This document shows, in pieces, positions 58,067 to 64,000 of a DNA stretch of 64,000 bases. Location: assembly GCA_051294905.1 (NCBI GenBank), contig CM119372.1:7440001-7504000 (forward strand), in the 5' to 3' direction. This DNA comes from Botryllus schlosseri (Eukaryota). The stretch's first letter is position 1; the number at the start of each line of letters is the position of its first letter. The notes below the pieces were generated by a model. The model was not told where the DNA came from. It searched no databases and saw only the letters and a program-made list of their open reading frames with translations. The translations under genes and the position numbers were made by a program.

Positions 58067-60799
58067 ATGATAAATGCTTTGAAATTAACTTTGAGACAAC
58101 AATCTATTCCTCGTTTACTCTTGTTTGTGTCCATGGATATACGACCCGTTGTCATAAGCGGCCCTTCTGGCGCTGGGAAAAGCACGCTTATCAAGAAGCT
58201 ATTTCAGGAGTACCCGGATTCATTTGGGTTCAGTGTTTCGCGTGAGTAATTGTTCCGTTATAGGCATGCCTATGCTATTTGCAAGTTAACAGTACATGGC
58301 AGACCTGGTATAACTGCTAACAGGCTACCATTAAACAGGGTACCTCTTTGTATTAGTAACTCACTATTTCACCCTGGATCTCAACCCCAAATGTAACTTG
58401 AACTCGAACCCTATTTTAACAATCATTGCCGTATCCATTATTCCAATTAATCAAGTGTAATTATTATTGATAATGCCCTTCAGACAGTTGGCTGTTACAA
58501 CCATTCTGCTGTTTGTGTTTTAAATATGCGCTAGGAAGTTCTGCAGTCTGGTCAGTCAGCTGTTCAGAGTTTGTTAATTTCGGTGAACTCTAAATTGATT
58601 CACGATTGCAAGACACAGCAGAAAGATCAAAATTAAAATTCTTCACCAGGATGGTTGCATTTTTATTGGTACATTCTAACACTGAATGAATTTGCAGTTT
58701 TTGTATATCATTTGTAAATTGATCGATTTGTATTGAAATATACCTTTGTGATGTCCCAGACACTGCAAACCAGACATGTGGTGCAAATTATGCATTTTGG
58801 TAAAACACGATATTCATTCGGTGAGGGTTTTCGGTGCCAAATATACCGCTCTATGGCAATAATGTTCTGCTTCCGTACTGAATTTGTATCATTCCATTTT
58901 TGACTAGTGCGATAATGTCCGCAACTATGCTATTGCCGATTGCAGATACTACGCGTCAGATGCGAAATGGCGAAGAGAATCACAAACAATATCACTTTGT
59001 ATCTGTAGAAGAAATGAAAAGAGAAATTGACCAGGGAAAATTCTTGGAATATACTAATTTCTCTGGGAATTATTACGGTACCAGGTGAGTTAATTCATGT
59101 GATCTGAGGCTAATTTTGCTGTATAGGCCTATTCAATGAGACATTGTTTCATCTTTCGATTCATGGTCATTTCAATATAACAGCCTAGCCTTCATGATTG
59201 GGATGGGCAGGTTGGAATTTGTGGAAGGGCACGAAATCTCAAAATTTATATAATCGCAGTTGCCTCGTGTCATTGCAATACTGTCACTGTACATTTTCAG
59301 CAGAAGATACCCCTATTTCATTCACAGTATCGCTGCTGTAGATGAAGTTACATCCACCAATAGAATTTGCATATTGGACATCGATGAACAAGGTGTGAAA
59401 AACATCAAAGGAAGCTCTCTGAACGCCATTTACGTATTCATCCAGCCCCCGTCCTTGGAAGAATTAAGAAGAAGATTGGTTGCAAGAAAAACTGATACTG
59501 ATGCGGCTATAGACAAAAGAATGGCCACCGCCAAGTCAGCAGTTCAATACAGTTAGTGCTATTTCCCAATTTCCTCGATGTTGATATAAATGCAGTCTAT
59601 AAATAGTTCAATCTCTGTTGTGCGATGTTTCTTACCACATTCAGAGTTGTAAGGGATCAATATGTCTCCCAATAATATGTAGAATGTGACCAACGCCCAT
59701 TACTAAAAGCTGTATGCCTGTATCAACTTTTTACTGCTGACTAGTCTGAGCATTCCAATATATTTGCTTACCGTATTGACAACTGGCCCATCATTCTTGG
59801 CACGTTTTAATTCTCCTTATGACTGTTATCTTAAAAGATACTGCAGAAAACTTATATATTCTGTCGCCTGAAGGAATGGAAAGTCAGGTTGCAACAATTG
59901 ATTTCAATAGCATGTGCAATATGCATGATTAATTGAGGTCGGACTTTCAAACCTGCTGCTGAACCATAATGCCAATGTAATCATACCTCAAGGTTATGGT
60001 GCAATGTCGTTCAGCTCACGCCTGAGTTGATGTAGCACAACAAACTTGAAATAACGTTAAATTCTTTTTTTTCATCACAATCTATTTGTGTGAGCGTGAT
60101 TATTATGTCTTCATTTATTTAGGTCAAGAAGATGGTGTGTATGACCTGATCGTAGTAAATAACGAGTTGGAAAAAGCCTACGAACATCTCCGACAATTCT
60201 TGAAAGAGGTAAGTTCCAACTCTGTTTCAATTGAACACATTTGCATTGTACCAGTGGCTCGAGTGCTTGTTTCCCCTGTTGTATCTTCGAATCTCAAAGT
60301 CCGCAGTATCTGCTAGTTATATTTTAACTGACAGTATTGTCTGTCTGATTTAGTCATGATCGAAACGCTATTCAGAAGTTTCGATGAATTACAGCATTTT
60401 TCCCAAATACCATAGAAATGCCCAGTGCTGAGGTCGCCGAAAAAGCAAAATCCTGGATTAGAGCTGCCACTCGCGGCAAACGTCAAGCACTTGCAGTCGA
60501 TGGCGAGAATGGATGCAGGCGACAGCATCAAGGAAAACGGCTTCACCGAGATACAACTTGACAGCAACAGTGTCGCTGAGATACCGCTGAGCCCCAGTAA
60601 GGCGTCGCCGGAACATAGTAAGCCAGCCGAGATTATTGTTACTGAGACACCCTTGCTGGTAATGACAAGTGATACGCACAACCAAGACCTTGACGCACAT
60701 AGATCTTCGCCTGCTGTCGTACATCTGGAAGCGGATCCCGATGCAACGACCACTGCGGACGGTGTCTGTGGTCGGCAATCGTGGTGTTCAATTTCTTGA
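58067..60799 (+). CDS. GUK1: Guanylate kinase with N- and C-terminal extensions
   Basis: Exons 58067(or 58133)-58241, 58946-59084, 59328-59551, 60123-60208, 60416-60799 join in frame. Motifs: [16 protein letters not shown] (P-loop), FSVSHTTR..R.GE....[61 protein letters not shown]. The last exon is less certain than the core. Confidence 0.9.
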
Positions 60800-62136
60800 C
60801 GCTGTGCATTGAAAATCTGGATTTTTTGTCCGATTAAAAGTGGCTAGTTGAAGCTGTATTCATATTACTAAAATGTCAATAGTGATGGAAATACATTGAC
60901 GCATTGCTGTGCACTGGACCAGTCACTGTTACGTTGCAATTTGAAATTCTGTATTACAATTTGTCTGAAGCCGCGTGTAATTCTTCACAAACATGATATA
61001 GTGTTTTATAGTTCAATTGCTGGCATGATTCAGGGGGCTTGATATGATTGAAGAGTTGTCACCTGTAGCGATTACATACCTATTATATGTTTTGTGCCTA
61101 TGTATTATTGCTATTGTAAATTAGTCTAGGCATTATTGGATAGAACTTATTTGTGTCTGTTTTATGCATTTACTTGTCGGTATGTAAACACTTATTATCT
61201 TCAAGGTGCTGCTCCATGCGATTTTTATTATCTATCGTTCTCTTGGCGTTTTATCAGTCCTTGCAGTGCGTCCGTGCTGCTTATGCATTATTTATTGAAA
61301 TGAAAGGCATAAAATTGCTATCAAAATGCTACGCTGCCACGACTAAATCATTCCGCTCAATCTGCGGTGTTTCAACTTGGAATTCTTCATCAGTTCGTTA
61401 TAAAAATGTTGGTTTCTTTGACCTTTTTGGTAGATGATGTGCCGCCAAATGTTGCAGTAGGCCTATCGACATAATAACATTGTGGATTTATATTATATTT
61501 CTAATTAATGTATAAAAGGATAATGTCACGACTCGAGTGTGATTTCCTGCTACAAAGAGATGTGCCAGCTGCAGCTGAAAAGTTTCAACACTGCTTATAT
61601 CTTCCTATTCCGTAGAAGGCATGCTGATAGATTTGCTTCATCTCAAACATGGCAGATGTTGGGTGATATCATTATAAGTGAAATTAATTACAGAACAGGC
61701 ACCAACTCAACAGTTCTGAAGTTGACATCACTGATTCTGGAAATACTGGTTACAAAAAGGTAACTCAATAGTTCGGTAGATGCATTTATCAGTTCCAGAT
61801 TGATGCCTTGGCTGAGCGCAATCAGGCTGGGGTTTTACATTTGAGCATAGTTATCATTCATAATGGGGAACCACTGGGAGCTCACACCTAAACTGAACTG
61901 AATTCATACTAAAAGGTACACCGTGTATAGCTTCAGTCTGAATGAAACGTGAAAACTAGTTTTATATTATGGGCTACTGTCACTTTTTTGAAGCTCGTTC
62001 ATATTGCATGAGGCAATATAACTTAACCAGTGGATACATGGATGATTGAAAATTTCCAGATCATCCTGACAAGTGCCATAGTGACCCTTAACCGGCCATT
62101 TTCCAGTAGAATATAATCATGGCAGATTGCATGTTT

Positions 62137-62691
62137 CTAGTTGATGGAAGCAAACTGCTCTGCCAAGCGTTCCGTTTTGTCCAGATTACGCAAGTGATCC
62201 AAGGCTGTTGTTAAAAAGTTTCTCATCGAGTTGATCTCCATTTGTGTCAGATTGTCGAGCTGAGCATATGTTGCCTTCAACTTCACAAATTTATCGACGC
62301 TGCTTCTCAGCTTAGCGATACGTATATCCAATATGTCTTTGATCAATGTTCGGATTCCATCTGCCTGAGGTATGTCATCAGTGGCTTGGTTGAGAAGAAT
62401 TTGCGATACTTCTTGAAAATGGTTGCTGGGTAGTGCTATGAACAACTCACTATTCATTTCTTCTTCCTTTAAAGCTTCTAATGATGCTACGTCCATCCAA
62501 GCAGGCTTCTGAATTTGGCATTCGTTTCGCTGCTTTAGATTGATTGCCAGCCACAACGGCACTTGAACAGGAATCCCAACATGAAAAGGTCCTATCTCGC
62601 ATGATATGAGATATAACTTGTCGCAGTTGAACTTCGGGACTATGGATATGAATTCACGCTCGGCTAAGAATTCTATCTCAGTGTTATCCAT
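62137..62691 (-). CDS. GINS2: GINS complex subunit 2 (Psf2), single coding exon, 184 aa
   Basis: MDNTEIEFLAE...IVPKF..DKLYLISCEIGPF..GIPVQVPLWLAINLKQR..C.I..P.WMDV..L...LPS.HF.EV..ILLN.A.DDIP.AD.IRTLIKDILDIR.AKLRSS.D.F...LDNLT.MEIN, the Psf2 consensus along the whole length. Confidence 0.95.
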   Translation of the reverse strand: MDNTEIEFLAEREFISIVPKFNCDKLYLISCEIGPFHVGIPVQVPLWLAINLKQRNECQIQKPAWMDVASLEALKEEEMNSELFIALPSNHFQEVSQILLNQATDDIPQADGIRTLIKDILDIRIAKLRSSVDKFVKLKATYAQLDNLTQMEINSMRNFLTTALDHLRNLDKTERLAEQFASIN

Positions 62692-63481
62692 TTTATGATC
62701 TATCAGGTTACTACAGCTATTGATGAAATTGCAACTATACCATTTAACAGCAAATCGACCGACGACAGGCATCAAATACTCACTAAGGGGAAGGGATATT
62801 TCTGCGCCTACCAAACTCTACAACGGTCGCTATGATTAGTGGACAAGTTTATAATTACAATTGCTAAATGCTAGCATAAAACCCGGACGAACCCAAAATA
62901 TATGCTTTTAATTATCCAAATGCATTTGCAATGTTAAGTTAACGTTGCCTTCGTTGATACTGCGAGGAACTTATTGTAATCTGTACCATTTGTTCGCAAC
63001 GGTCAACGTGAAACCTACCTCGAACAACAAACACGTTCTATTCTACCAACAAAAACTGGTAAGGAGATATTTATTTCTAAACCCAGTCAGCACCAAAGTC
63101 ACTCAAATAGAAGTCACTCATGCATAACATTGTTTTGATCGTCCCGCCACGATCCCTCACTCTTGTTCGATGTCTCGACACTCAGCGCAGTACATAAAAG
63201 TAGGAGATCGATCCGATTGGTACTTTGCTAGACGGTACTTCGTTCAATTAGTGTAATGTTACTACTTATTCTTAGACATCCCAAGCAGTGTAGTTCAGCG
63301 ATATAATCCCACACGTGGAATTTCGGTGTTAAATGCTCAATACCACGTCCGAGTTTGCGGATTAGACTCATAGAAGTATAAAATGGAATTTATGAAAGGC
63401 CCTTGAACTGAAGTGGTCCTGGCGGAATTTCGGCGGAATATTTGTGATCACGTGAAACACTATTTTCGCGAACGCAGAATA

Positions 63482-64000
63482 TTAACCCTCAACCGATGCA
63501 CGGCAAATATCATATTTCAGGCTGGATACGAAAGTGTACCTCACCTACAATTCAGATAATTAACACATCAAATTAGTTTATTTAAAATCAATTTCTAGAT
63601 TCCAGATCGTCCTGCTTAATTACGAACACGAGGACCAAGGCTACGTTATATTGCGCTGTCGGGCAATGTTGGCCGCCATTTCAATGCATGGCAAATTCCA
63701 CATTCAAGGCCGGATTTAAAAGTGTACCTCACCTACAATTCAGATAATTAACACATCATCGGAAAGAGCTTTCAAATTACTTTATTTAAAATCCATTTCT
63801 AGATTCCAGATCGCCCTGCTTAATTACGAACACGATGACCAAGTTACGTATATTGCGCTGTCGGGCATTATTCGCCGCCATTTTAGTGTATGGCAAATTC
63901 CACATTCAAGGCCGGATTTAAAAGTGTACCTCACCTACAATTCAGATAATTAACACATCATCGGAAAGAGCTTTCAAATTACTTTATTTAAAATCCAATT
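63482..64000. repeat. Tandem array of about 190-200 bp units running off the window end, possibly the subterminal array of a TTAA-inserting element
   Basis: AAAGTGTACCTCACCTACAATTCAGATAATTAACACATCA recurs at 63531, 63719 and 63921. The array is preceded by TTAACCCTC at 63482. Confidence 0.8.

Noticed and set aside
60313-60753. 146-aa minus-strand ORF (and the 106-aa ORF at 60458-60778)
   Set aside because: Antisense shadows of the GC-richer plus-strand terminal exon; no family motifs.
62692-62814. 41-aa N-terminal extension of GINS2 suggested by the ORF track
   Set aside because: It begins at a non-ATG codon, and Psf2 homology starts at MDNTE (62691).

Overview
This is AT-rich, intron-dense invertebrate animal DNA. 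Many introns are 55-90 nt; an ascidian-like genome is plausible, but the species cannot be established from the sequence. Host genes in order: the 3' half of a TRPA1-like channel (3100-11364, +), a second full-length TRPA1-like paralog in tandem (about 13000-29266, +), RBM48 (-), intronless SVIP (-), CASC3/Barentsz (+), guanylate kinase GUK1 (+) and intronless GINS2 (-). Large introns and the 32.7-41.3 kb intergenic block are filled with nested DNA transposons that still show TIRs and TSDs. These include several hAT/Buster elements, foldback MITEs, a tRNA-derived SINE family, and a 5.9-kb long-TIR element with a 9-bp TSD that carries a TTAA-flanked Kolobok derivative (THAP, transposase C-terminus, and a KolX/P2X7-ballast-like ORF). 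The most notable observations are: two copies of a minimal type-I hammerhead ribozyme motif, one in sense orientation inside a CASC3 intron; a reciprocal repeat-variant pattern in the arms of the long-TIR element that looks like an internal inversion; loss of canonical electrophile-sensing cysteines in the TRPA1 paralogs; and a GUK1 with a candidate mitochondrial presequence plus a 127-aa tail ending in a CaaX motif. All calls come from manual reading and alignment to remembered family motifs; no searches were run.
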